64,000 nt of DNA from Macrostomum lignano (lineage: Eukaryota), in contig NIVC01000323.1 in the NCBI GenBank assembly GCA_002269645.1, forward strand, positions 290,092 to 354,091. Direction: 5' to 3'. The notes beneath the pieces were generated by a model. That model was given only the letters and a program-made list of their open reading frames with translations, was not told where the DNA came from and searched no databases. The first letter of the stretch is position 1; the number at the start of each line of letters is the position of its first letter. A program made the position numbers and the translations under genes. Below, piece by piece: positions 24,082-35,632 of the stretch.

Positions 24082-24275
24082 ATGGCGCCCTTTTCCTGCT
24101 GCCCCTGCATTGCGGCCTGGCATTGGCGCCCTTTTCCTGCTGCCCCTGCATTGCGGCCTGGCATTGGCGCTCTTTTCCTGCTGCCCCTGCATTGCGGCCT
24201 GGCATTGGCGCCCTTTTCCTGCTGCCCCTGCATTGCGGCCTGGCATTGGCGCTCTTTTCCTGCTGCCCCTTCATT
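24082..24275. repeat. 41-bp GC-rich satellite C, spacer 1
   Basis: GGCGCCCTTTTCCTGCTGCCCCTGCATTGCGGCCTGGCATT, ~5 copies. Confidence 0.95.
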
Positions 24276-25019
24276 GCGTCATGGCGTCAGTGATGGTGAA
24301 GACACAGTGCGTGGAAAAACGTGATTGACTTCGGCAGTGAGGCCAGCACTATGTCACAAAAGCATGTAGGATGTAGTTTGATATTTTGATTATTTACTGG
24401 GATTTTACGGTAATTCGCATTCAGTTTTCTTAGAGTTCCTCACATCTCACAACACTTTCTGCATCCATATGCGCTATCCATTGAACACTAAACCCGCAAG
24501 CACAGGAGAATCCTTCAAGGAATACTAAGTGCTCGTAGTTATTTGAATCGAATCCTTATGGTGCGTTTGCTGCACCAAAGTGCTTTGATGCCTCAAGGCA
24601 AATTTATCTGTAAAAAGAATGCCGATGTGAATGACATTCTAGATTTAAAAAGATGCTGCAGAGCCGAGCGGCCACCCACAGCCGGAAGTTCAGGAGGTGC
24701 CGCTGCTGGCGCTGCAGGCAGCCACCGGCGATTCTGCAAATCTGCAACTGAAAATTCGTCAAATCTCTCAGCACCCCGCACTTTGAAGGCAGCATTGTGG
24801 GGCAGAGAACACCAAAGGTGAGTTTAAGAACTCATGCACAAACTCTTCCATTATTTTTAAATCTATTTGTGAGCTGTAAAAAGCAAGCAAACATACTACA
24901 AGCGCATTTGAGCAAAGCAACTTCAGCTACTGAAGTACAGATTGGGGAATTTTTTTATTTTTATAGTTTTCTGATCAATACGAAACAGCAGTAAATAAAA
25001 TAAGCGAATTTTAGTTACT

Positions 25020-25413
25020 GTTCATGACGGAGCTGTCAGGCTGTCAGTCACTGAATGTTCATGAGGGAGCTGTCAGGCTGTCAGTCACTGAATGTTCATG
25101 AGGGAGCTGTCAGTCACTGAATGCTCATGAGGGAGCTGTCAGGCTGTCAGTCACTGAATGTTCATGAGGGAGCTGTCAGTCACTGAATGTTCATGAGGGA
25201 GCTGTCAGGCTGTCAGTCAGTGAATGTTCATGAGGGAGCTGTCAGGCTGTCAGTCAGTGAATGTTCATGAGGGAGCTGTCAGTCACTGAATGCTCATGAG
25301 GGAGCTGTCAGGCTGTCAGTCACTGAATGTTCATGAGGGAGCTGTCAGTCACTGAATGTTCATGAGGGAGCTGTCAGGCTGTCAGTCCCTGAATGTTCAT
25401 GAGGGAGCTGTCA
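25020..25413. repeat. 37/29-bp satellite D (GTCAGTCACTGAATGTTCATGAGGGAGCTGTCAGGCT), spacer 1
   Basis: Directly visible. Confidence 0.95.
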
Positions 25414-26032
25414 GATACATGAGTACATGATGAAAGAACATGAAATCGGTTTGCAGACCGATTGAGGTGATTCTGCAATAAACCAGGAGCATGTGCACAT
25501 AATAATTTCAGCATAAAATACAATTATTTAGGAGAAATATGCAGCAAAATTTCTCAAAAAGCTCGCGCAAAAGCCAGAAAAGCTTACAAAATTTCGAGTT
25601 GAACTCAAGCTGCTGCATCAAGTCTCTCCAGCTTCTCCCTGACCCAGCCGACTTTTGAATTTTCAAGGTTCATGTAGATAACTGTTACCTGTGCATTTGG
25701 CTTGAATGTTGTCATTAAAAAGCATTTACAACCGGGTATTGAAGTCCGCAGAGCAAAGAAGACACGCAGTTTGGACGGGAGAAAGCTATTTAGCATGCAG
25801 TGTGAAATGAATTGAAGCACAAATGTACAAAACTGCAGTTCATAGCAGGAGGCCTACTCGATCTCAATGGCTCTCGATGTGCTCATTTCCTCGCAACTGA
25901 GTCACCAACAAGGGAAGAACTAGGGAAAATATTCAATTTACAAAAAACCCATGGATCAACTGAATTTAGCCGAACAAAATCAGGGACTAAGAAGCAGATT
26001 AGGGAGACCGAACATTTAAATCAAGCAATATC

Positions 26033-28107
26033 TTAATAATGCGACTCGAATTTGAGGACTCCGGCTGCTGCATCAAGTCTCTTTAGCTTCTGCCTGACCC
26101 AGCCGATCTTCTCCTCGTCCTGCGTCTCCATGGCGACGCGTCTCTCTTCCTCGATCATCTCCATCTGCTGCAGGCTGAGCTCCACGTGCTCGCGGCAGTC
26201 GCTGTAGTGAGCCAGAGTGAGCAGCTCCTCCAAGTCCGGGTCTCCAAGCAGCTGTTCAATCCAATGATCGAATGCGATTGCAGGTGCGCGATTGCGGAGC
26301 AGCTCAGCTTGGAGACTCCAGCTCAGGCAGCGGAAGTTCACGTACAGGTGGGAGGAGAGAGGCTGCGACAGTCTGGCTGTGAACAGAGTCTGCGTGAACT
26401 CGGGAAGGAATGGGAAGCGAGGCGGAGAGTCGCAGGGGAGGCAGAACCTCCACGCCCAGTCTGAGTCTTCTGGCAATTCAGTTTCTCTGATGAATTCTAT
26501 CCCTTCAATATCCTGTGGCATCAACCCTAACTGAACCTGATGTCTCTGCAGCTCCATCGCAAGTCTCTCCGAATCTTCGGATTCTCCGAACTTCAAATGC
26601 GCCATAGCGGTCATGCACAGGGCGGCGCACTTGCACCACTGCAGCTCATGCAGGAGACTGAGCTGCCTCATCAGGGTGTCTCTGTCGCTCGATTCCGACT
26701 GCAGCTCGCTCACACACTGGTGCACCACACTGTACACGTCTGCGAACTTATTGTAAAACCCTGACCACTTAGTTCCTTTCCTGATCTCCGTGACAGCAGG
26801 CGGCGCTGTCAGAGGCAGCAGAGTGAACGGGTGAAAGTAGAACTTCTCTGACTGCAGAGGTCTCACGAGTCTCATCAGCTGCTCGACCACTCCGCCGATG
26901 TCGCTTCTCAGCTCACAAAGTCGGTCTCGAACCCTCGCCTTCGTGTTGTCGAAGTCGCCGCCGATTCCAGCGTTCTTGAAGTAGAGCGGAGCGTCGGGCA
27001 TGAAGAAGTGCGGCATGCACTCATTGGGAGAGCTGCTGCTCGAGTCGATGAAGCTCAGCATCAAGTCGAGAGACTCGTTGAGCAGAGCGATCAGATTGTG
27101 GGGCTTCCAAGCCTCACTTGAAGGATCTGTGCCATGCTTCTCCAGCATTGTGAAGAGCAGAGTCTTTGCATGGTAGGTCTTGAGTCCAGGTGTGTCCAGA
27201 GTGAGCGGCAAGTGTCTTTTGAAGATGAACTTGATGAGTGTGAACAGCTGGCCCTGGACTGTGCTCATGTTTCTCATGATATCTTTCTCATGGAAGCTGA
27301 AGCTCACTCTGAGCTCATTGGTCGAGCTCGGTCTGGTCGCCCGAACAAGGTGTACATTATCATTAATACTCGTATAAGGAAGCAGTTTTTAATTCCATCT
27401 TCACAGAAACTGCTGCAGCACCAGATCGCATGGCACGTGTCCTGTGCAGGCCGCACACCGCACGCCGTCGCTGCCACTGCAGGTTGGCTGCCTGAAATGC
27501 GCAGAGAGCGGAGAGTCGCTTTATGGAGAGTGAAAAAGATGGGTTGGTTTGAAACTGCAAATTTTCTCTTGATTAGTTCAGTTTAAGTTTCTAATGAAAT
27601 ATCCTTTAAAAAAGAAAGTTTTTTTCACTTATTTGTTTAGCGGATCTGCATTCGCATTCAAAGAAGTTGCTGGAGGCTGATTGCATGCAGATTTCAGCAT
27701 TCTGATGATGAACCCAGCCTCACTCACCTGCGCCTACCGCCACCTGTACGTGGCCCTCCTTGTTCTGAAGCCGAGTGGCTGTTTTGCAGGAATCCAGCCA
27801 AATTCTTTGTTTACCGGTATTGCAGCCACCTTCCAGATGGAACTGATGCCCAGCAACCAGCACAGTCCAGTCAATGTCCAAGTCTGCAGCTGTCCTGCCG
27901 TTCACTTGCACCAGACTGTTGGCCCAGCCCTCTGCGTAGCTTCCCGTCATCTGCCTGCCATCCTGTGTGAGGACACGAGCGACTCCTTCCAGCCAGTCAG
28001 CCAGTCTCTGCTGACACTTTGCTCTCTGCTCGGTGAATCCAGCATCGCTGAGCAGTCGATGCAGCTCCTCGCTCAGACGTCTGTCTTGCTGGGAGTCGTC
28101 TGAGAGC
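26033..28107 (-). CDS. Copy 2 NTase/Mab-21 half (frameshifted)
   Basis: GSYAEG...DLDID; SFSFHEK, LKTYHAKTLLF and PHFFMP. Confidence 0.8.
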
Positions 28108-28162
28108 CTGGAATGATCCGAGATGCGTGTGGGTGACTTGCTCAAAGTTGGATGGACAGAAC

Positions 28163-28551
28163 AAGCAGGAGAGCTGAGAGTGCAGCTGCTGCAGCACTCA
28201 GACTGGCATCTCAAGCAGGAGAGCTGAGAGTGCAGCTGCTGCAGCACTCAGACTGGCATCTCAAGCAGGAGAGCTGAGAGTGCAGCTGCTGCAGCACTCA
28301 GACTGGCATCTCAAGCAGGAGAGCTGAGAGTGCAGCTGCTGCAGCACTCAGACTGGCATCTCAAGCAGGAGAGCTGAGAGTGCAGCTGCTGCAGCACTCA
28401 GACTGGCATCTCAAGCAGGAGAGCTGAGAGTGCAGCTGCTGCAGCACTCAGACTGGCATCTCAAGCAGGAGAGCTGAGAGTGCAGCTGCTGCAGCACTCA
28501 GACTGGCATCTCAAGCAGGAGAGCTGAGAGTGCAGCTGCTGCAGCACTCAG
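28163..28551. repeat. 50-bp intronic satellite E, copy 2 (~8 units)
   Basis: CAAGCAGGAGAGCTGAGAGTGCAGCTGCTGCAGCACTCAGACTGGCATCT repeated; internally palindromic. Confidence 0.95.
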
Positions 28552-29066
28552 TCCAACCCAATCTCAACCCTGCTGAGTTTCGCTGCAATTTCTGCCCCAA
28601 GCTGCCAGCCTGTTAGAAGGCGCAATGCGGCAGTGAAAGCCGAACCGATCAGACTCACCGATGGAGGCCCGAATCCAAGAGGTGAGCGGCTGCCTGTCGG
28701 GCCTCTGGGCTTCTGCAATGCAGGAAGGAAAGGAAGTTCTTACAGCATTTGAGTCTAAGATTTTCAAAGTCAAAAAGAGAAAGCAGAGGCAGGCGGAAGC
28801 AGAATACCGAGAGAAAGCAGACAATTAGCAAGAGATAGTCGAGTCAATACCGGGAATACCACCATTTCAAAGAGAAGTTGCTTGCTGGACGGGAGATTTG
28901 TGAGTTGAAAATATTGAAGCGGCTGCGGTCTGCAGTGAGCTGCACCTGAGCAAACCGCTGCCCAGATAGGGGCTGCTCACGAAATCATGATATCACGAAA
29001 ACAGCGAGTGACCATCCTATAATGGGACTCCTATTATTCGAAAAACCGGTTTTTGAACTTCTGTTT

Positions 29067-29370
29067 TAATAATAATAATAGTATTTGATTACATCTGGCC
29101 TAATAGGTCGATGGGCAACCGACAGCTCAGCCGCAGCTATTGCGCGGCGCATCTGAAGACTGCGTATGGCTGTTCAGTCCAAGGACTGCGGGGGTCGCCA
29201 CACACAGCCTCAATTACCCTTGATTTTACGATTTTACAGCTGGGTGAACTGAAGCAATGCAGAGTTAAATGTCTTGCTCAAGAACACAAATTGTTCCGAG
29301 TCGGTCGAGAATCGAACCCCCGACCTTCCACCAACGCTCTAACCACTAGGCACTATCACTAGGCACCTAC
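29067..29370 (-). mobile_element. tRNA-derived SINE with a CORE-like domain
   Basis: Minus strand: CCTAGTGGTTAGAGCG (A box), GGTTCGATTC (B box), TTGAGCAAGACATTTAACTCT...CAGCTGTAAAAT (CORE-like) and a (TAT)n tail; also present in copy 3. Confidence 0.65.
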
Positions 29371-29704
29371 TAGGCACCACCACAATATTTAGAACTACCG
29401 AATATGGCAAATGCTAACCTGAATGTGACCCAAGTCTCACCCTTTCTATTCAAAAAACCGCACCTGTTAAATGATAGAATTCCTTTTTTGACCTCATCAA
29501 AAAATGGGTAGAGGCCATGTTCGGATCAAATCATGTATAAATACAAACGTAAAATCCGAGCTCAAAAGAGATCTTGAGTTTGCTAGAGCAGCATAACGAG
29601 GCAATTGTTATTTAGTTATTGAAAGCTGCGTATTGTCGGCCGTTACTAATCTGTCGATTTATATTGAGCTATTGAATTTGAGGCCTCCATATTCTTATGG
29701 GATT

Positions 29705-30070
29705 ATTTTTTTTTATTAGAGGCAGGGGGGTTGTGTGCACCCTGGCGCACTTTAGGCGACATAGGCACACAACCGGCGAGAGGCATTGCTGCCCATTCCG
29801 CCGACTCCCCTGAGCAGGCATACAAGCGGGCGGATACGTTACGCAGGCACACACTCACACAGGAGTGTACAGCGGCCCTAACTTTATCAATTGTTAGGCA
29901 TGTACACTTCACTGCGCCTTGGGGGGTTGGCTCTCAAGGCCGTTAATTGCACAAGCGAGCCAAGCCAAAATTCCAATTCAGCCCCAAATTAATGTGGCTG
30001 CACTTGGAATCGAGCCTGGGTCGCGGCACACCAGAGCAGCTGCGCTACCGCTGGGCTACGGCCCCCCTTC
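29705..30070 (-). mobile_element. Full-length tRNA-derived SINE, present in copy 2 only
   Basis: Head GGGGCCGTAGCCCAGCGGTAG...GGCTCGATTCC, poly(A) tail, and 13-bp TSD TTCTTATGGGATT at 29692-29704 and 30071-30083; absent at the equivalent site (~46790) in copy 3. Confidence 0.85.
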
Positions 30071-30514
30071 TTCTTATGGGATTGGATACTCGTAGGATCC
30101 GCGGACCGATTCCGATACTCTTAGACGATGTTTGATTGATTGAGTTTGGTACCCTAGAGTACCCGATAGGAGCACAGGACTCCGATTCCGTTACTTCTAG
30201 AAACATACGCTCTTTTGGAGGACCTCGCTATTGTCCTAGAGTTGAGTTTATTACTAGGGCGCATCCCCGATATCGGTATTTACTGATTAAAAGAAATGCA
30301 TTAACGTGGACGGATCAATTTGTTAAATTCATTAAAATGCTATCATATTCAGCCGCCTTCAGAATCTTAAGAAATCCGGAGGAGGAAAACTTGAGTAGAC
30401 AAGCTCTACGGACCAGCACGACAAAGAGGAGCCCGCAATAGTAAGTGATCACTGAATTCGGTCACTTACTTGCGATCTGGAAAAAGGAGTTCGTGCGTTT
30501 AGACACTAGACTTA

Positions 30515-30516
<2 letters not shown>

Positions 30517-30580
<64 letters not shown>
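30517..30580. repeat. (CT)n microsatellite (also at 47232-47290)
   Basis: Directly visible. Confidence 0.95.
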
Positions 30581-30583
<3 letters not shown>

Positions 30584-30694
30584 GTCCCTTTCTCTCTAGT
30601 GTGCTAAAGCGAGCTCTTCAGCATTACAGAAGTACTTACTTTACTAAAACGCGATACAGTACTCAAAAGTTCGCGAGATTTTCGCCTCACTCAC

Positions 30695-32160
30695 CCCGCT
30701 CCACTGGGATCCAGCAGCCGCAGCACCTGCCGCTGCTCAAACCGCTGTGCCACCTGTGCACACGTCAGACCCCGACCGTCTCGATGACTCGCATCCGCTC
30801 CTCTGTCCATCAGAACCTTGGCTGCTCGCGCGTGACCGGCTTCGCACGCTCGTGACAGAGCAGTCCGACCCTGACTGTCTTCAGCACGCACTGACGCACC
30901 GAGATCGATGAGTTTCTCAATGAGTTCGTGATGACCTGCATCAGCTGCCAGCATGAGAGCAGTGGCTCCAGTGCTGTCTTCTGGCAGATCGACATGCTCT
31001 GTGCTCACTCGCTCATCATTGATCAGTGTGACAGCAAGAGCGACGTGTCTTTGAGAGATGGAGAGACAAAGCAGCTCTGTGATGCGAGCTGGCTGCATTC
31101 GAGAGAGGGTGTCGTTGAGAACAGAGTTTATGCCTTCGATGGCCATTGCTGCAGTGAAGCTGAGGATGGTGCTGGATTGGAAGAGCCAGTCGGGCTCGAG
31201 GCCGAGGGAGGCAACGACATCTTCGAAAAGACGAGAGCAAGCCGCGACTGCGCATTGGAAACGAAGATTCGCTCTTTGATCCGGACTTGAGAGACACGAG
31301 ATGAGGAACTTGACGACTTTTTCTTGATTCGATTCTGCAGCAGATTTGGCAGAGTCAATGCAGAACTGATCTCTTTTTGTTGGGTCAGCGACTGTCTGCA
31401 CCAGAAACTTCACCACTTTTAACTGACCCTCGGTTGCAGCAGATTCGGCAGCCTCGATGCAGCACTGATCTCTTTTTGTTTGTTCAGAGACTGTCTGCAG
31501 AAGAAACTTCACCACTTCTAATTGACCATTGATTGCTGCAGATTTTGCTACCTTCCTGCAGAACTGATCTCTTTTTGTTTGTTCAGAGACTGTCTGCACA
31601 AGAAACTTCACCATTTCTAATTGACCATTGATTGCTGCAGATTTTGCTGCCTTCCTGCAGCACTGATCTTTGTTTGTCTGGTCAGCTATTGTCTGCACCA
31701 GAAACTTGACCACTTCTAACTGACCTTTGTATGCGCCTTGTTTTGCTGCCTCAATGCAGCACTGATCTCTGTTTGTTTGGTCAGTGACTTTCTGCACCAG
31801 AAACTTCACCACATCCCACTCACCAGCGAATCCAGCATATTCCGCAGTCCCCATGCAGCACTGATCTCTGTTCATTTGATCAAGGATTGTCTGCACCAGA
31901 AACTTCACCACATCCCACTCACCAGCGGATGCAGCATATTCCGCAGCCCCAATGCAGCACAGATCTCTGTTTGTTCGGTCAGCGACTGTAGGCACGAGAA
32001 ATTTCACCACATCCCACTGTCTTTCTTTAGCTGCAATTGGCACACATTTTTCACAAAAGTTTGTTTTGTCTTTCTCGCTTTTCTGAAGCTGCAAATGATG
32101 CTGCAGTGCTTGGATGTCTCCAGCCTTCACGGCTTCGTAAGCGCTTTCTCTTTGGCTCAT
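30695..32160 (-). CDS. Copy 2 ankyrin exon: 7 atypical repeats plus canonical ANK repeats
   Basis: G.(W/L)(D/E)VVKFLVQT..DQT.RDQCC repeats; in-frame TAA 15 nt upstream of the ATG; GTGAGT donor at 30694. Confidence 0.9.
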
Positions 32161-32543
32161 TGGTTTCTCCTCTTATACAAGGTTTTACTGTGGCTGGTTT
32201 GATGCTGCTGGCTAGAACCAAAAATTGCCTCTCTGCTCTCGTCCTTGTAAGTCTGAGGGGTTGAAAATATGGTAACAATTTACGGTCATGCTAAGTTTCT
32301 CCGTTTTATCTAATCACTGTGCGGTTTTGTTTGACAATCCTCTGGCTGAACTCGGGGAAGTGGATGAGGCAAGTCGTGAGGGGTGGCAAATGGAATGTTC
32401 AAGGAGAGAATAGAGAGGGAAACTGGAAAATGAGAGACAGAAGAGATTGAAGGTGATAAGAGAGGAGAGAAACGGAGAGATGGGGAGATAAAAATGGACA
32501 GAGTGGAGAGGAGGGCATCGCTGCGTTTTGATACGCTTTTCTA

Positions 32544-32740
32544 CCAGGGGCCTTGCCACCAGGGGCCTCACCACCAGGGGCCTTGTCACCAGGGCCTTGT
32601 CACCAGGGGCCTTACCACCAAGGGCCTTACCACCAGGGGCCTTGTCACCAGGGGCCTTACCACCAAGGGCCTTACCACCAAGGGCCTTCCCAGGGGCTTT
32701 AGCACCAGGTGCTTTAGCACCAGGTGCTTTAGCACCAGGG
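32544..32740. repeat. 15-bp satellite A (ACCAGGGGCTTTAGC and variants), spacer 2
   Basis: Directly visible; resumes at 33663-33710 after the MITE. Confidence 0.9.
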
Positions 32741-33662
32741 TAGGGGTGCTCAGGGTCGAGTCGGGTTTCGGGTCGGGTTTTGGTACCGGGTTTGGAGTTT
32801 GGCGTTAGGTGTTCGGATTCAGGTTTAGGGTCGGGTTTATTTGGGTTTTCGATTTCAACGAAAAATAAATTTTAGCTATTTTAAAACAAATTTCTCCTAA
32901 TGTCGTTATGTAACATTTTTTCAGTATAAAAAAGCGACAATTTAAACTTTGAAAAACCGAAATGATGCTTGAATTTAAGTTTTCAATTACAAATGTAGGG
33001 TTCTACGGATGAAATCTATGAATGTATGGATTTTGGCTGGCCACTGGACTATGCTTGTGGATTTAAAAAGTCTCTATAATTTATAAACTTTTTTATTGAA
33101 CACATGAATTGCTGATGCCAACGGAAATAGCACATCGTCCCGTGACATTTCTGACTTCGATTCGACATTCGGCAAACCGGCATTCCATATTGTTACATTC
33201 AGCCTTTATTAGACCTAAATATAATGGTGTTACCGTTAATTCTATTCCGTATGGAGCCAATTAATTGTAGTCCTACACTGAGGGTTTTGGCTTGTAGGCC
33301 CCCTAGTTGTAGCTTGTGTTGCAGTTGTGAGATAAAATTAAGCTAAACACCCTACTAATGAATATACCTACAGTACAGTATACTATCTACTAGCTAATGA
33401 CTAGAAATAGTGAGTTTTGGAGTCAGGACTGCAGATGAAAACGAGATGTAGACTAATGTAGACTAGGACGAGTAACACTCCCCTCCGAGCCCCCCTTCAT
33501 TCGTCACTCTTAAAAAAACGATTATCACAGAAAGCCTGAGATGTGGCGTTTACCTTTCAGGGAAAGTTCGGTCCGCATTGGGTTTTGGTTCGGGGTTTTC
33601 TGCACGAGATTCATTGCAAAGTTTACCCTGAACCCGGAAAAATGGAAACCCGAACACACCTA
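32741..33662. mobile_element. hAT-type MITE inserted in satellite A (copy in spacer 2)
   Basis: TAGGGGTG...CACACCTA imperfect TIRs; subterminal CGGGTTT/AAACCCG repeats; 8-bp TSD CACCAGGG/AACCAGGG. Confidence 0.7.
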
Positions 33663-34462
33663 AACCAGGGGCTTTAGCACCAGGGGCGCCAGCACCAGGT
33701 GCACCAGCACATTTTCCCCTTTGTGTTGAGTTGGATTTTTTATAATATTGCTAGAGATTCCTTGCAAGCGGAGATAAAAAAGGGAGGGGAAAGGCAAAAT
33801 ATAGTCTATTAACCCGGAGTATAGGAGTGAGTGAGTCAGTGAGTAATCGCAAGCCTAATTGACAGCTCACTCCAACGCCAGCCCAGCAGACTGAAGCAGG
33901 GCAGACTCAGGCAGAGCAGGACTCACCGATCGCCAGTTATGATTATGAACTCGCCAGTCTGCTGATGAAGCGGCAGGCAGAGACTCGCAGGCCACAGAGA
34001 AGGAGGAACTCGCAAAAGCAGACGGGAGGCTCTGCAGAAAGCAAACACGGTACTTGAAGTACCGAACGCTGGTTGGAGGGAAGGCTGGGAGAGAAAAGCC
34101 AGACGGCAAGGCACAGGACAAAAACGCACAGCAGAGTAGGGGCTTGTCGAAGCGAGTGTGCGCAGCCGCCACAAGAAACTCATTTCCGCACATCGGGAGG
34201 GCTGACTGTGCAGACAGAGGAAACAGGAACGAAAGCATATGCCCCTCACCAATGAGTACATGCAACTGTGCATTGGCAGGAAAAGCGTTGTCCAAATCGA
34301 AACGCACATTGGAATTGCCCAGCCCAGTTGGTTTCCACAAAGCAGTTTGTCCAAGAGAGCGGAGGCAGCTAGCTGTCTGCTCAAAATTCTCGATAATTTC
34401 GGAATAGCAAACCAAATTTGGCAATATTTGTCTCGCTTTAAAGCTGACCGAACTCTTCACTA

Positions 34463-35303
34463 CTGAGCACGAGTTTCATTGGAATCTGAGCACGAGTTTC
34501 ACTCTGGAATCTGAGCACGAGTTTCACTCTGGAATCTGAGCACGAGTTTCATTGGAATCTGAGCACGAGTTTCACTCTGGAATCTGAGCACGAGTTTCAT
34601 TGGAAACTGAGCACGAGTTTCACTGGAATCTGAGCACGAGTTTCATTGGAATCTGAGCACGAGTTTCATTGGAATCTGAGCACGAGTTTCACTCTGGAAT
34701 CTGAGCACGAGTTTCATTGGAAACTGAGCACGAGTTTCACTGGAATCTGAGCACGAGTTTCACTGGAATCTGAGCACGAGTTTCATTGGAATCTGAGCAC
34801 GAGTTTCACTCTGGAATCTGAGCACGAGTTTCACTCTGGAATCTGAGCACGAGTTTCACTGGAATCTGAGCACGAGTTTCACTCTGGAATCTGAGCACGA
34901 GTTTCATTGGAAACTGAGCACGAGTTTCACTGGAATCTGAGCACGAGTTTCATTGGAATCTGAGCACGAGTTTCATTGGAATCTGAGCACGAGTTTCACT
35001 CTGGAATCTGAGCACGAGTTTCATTGGAAACTGAGCACGAGTTTCACTGGAATCTGAGCACGAGTTTCACTGGAATCTGAGCACGAGTTTCATTGGAATC
35101 TGAGCACGAGTTTCACTCTGGAATCTGAGCACGAGTTTCACTCTGGAATCTGAGCACGAGTTCCACTGGAATCTGAGCACGAGTTTCACTGGAGTCTGAG
35201 CACGAGTTTCACTGGAGTCTGAGCACGAGTTTCACTGGAATCTGAGCACGAGTTTCACTGGAGTCTGAGCACGAGTTTCACTCTGGAATCTGAGCACGAG
35301 TTC
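34463..35303. repeat. Satellite B, spacer 2 (~36 copies)
   Basis: Directly visible 23/25-bp units. Confidence 0.95.
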
Positions 35304-35632
35304 CGCTTGTAAAATTTCTGAAGGTTATTATTAACTTTAAAAATTTTTAATGCAGAACAATTTTTGTTCTGGCAGCTTCCATGTCTCTTCTGTAGCCAGG
35401 GCTGACCGCTCGCCCACCTGCCACTCATCGAGCATTTTTGCTCTCTGCTTGCTTCCACTATCTTGCTGCAGTTTGAGTTCATGCAGTGCGGCACGCGGCC
35501 ATTTTGCAGCAGGGGCGAATCCAGTGGGCTGAGCTGAGGGCTGCTGCAGCCCCACTGAAATTTTGAGCTGCCCTTCTGGCGACCCCGCCAGGACAGCCGC
35601 TGGGGACCGGCGCCCAAATGCAGCCTCCGCAC

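Larger units (their letters stand above)
26033..32160 (-). pseudogene. ANK-cGLR copy 2; 1-bp frameshift near 27386-27390 (true pseudogene or assembly error)
   Basis: Exons 32160-30695, 28712-28659, 28107-27728 and 27491-26033. The T-run at 27386-27390 has 5 T versus 6 in copy 3; restoring one base gives ~1119 aa. Confidence 0.7.

Noticed and set aside
29993-30067. tRNA gene
   Set aside because: It is a degenerate cloverleaf that forms the head of a SINE with a tail and TSD.
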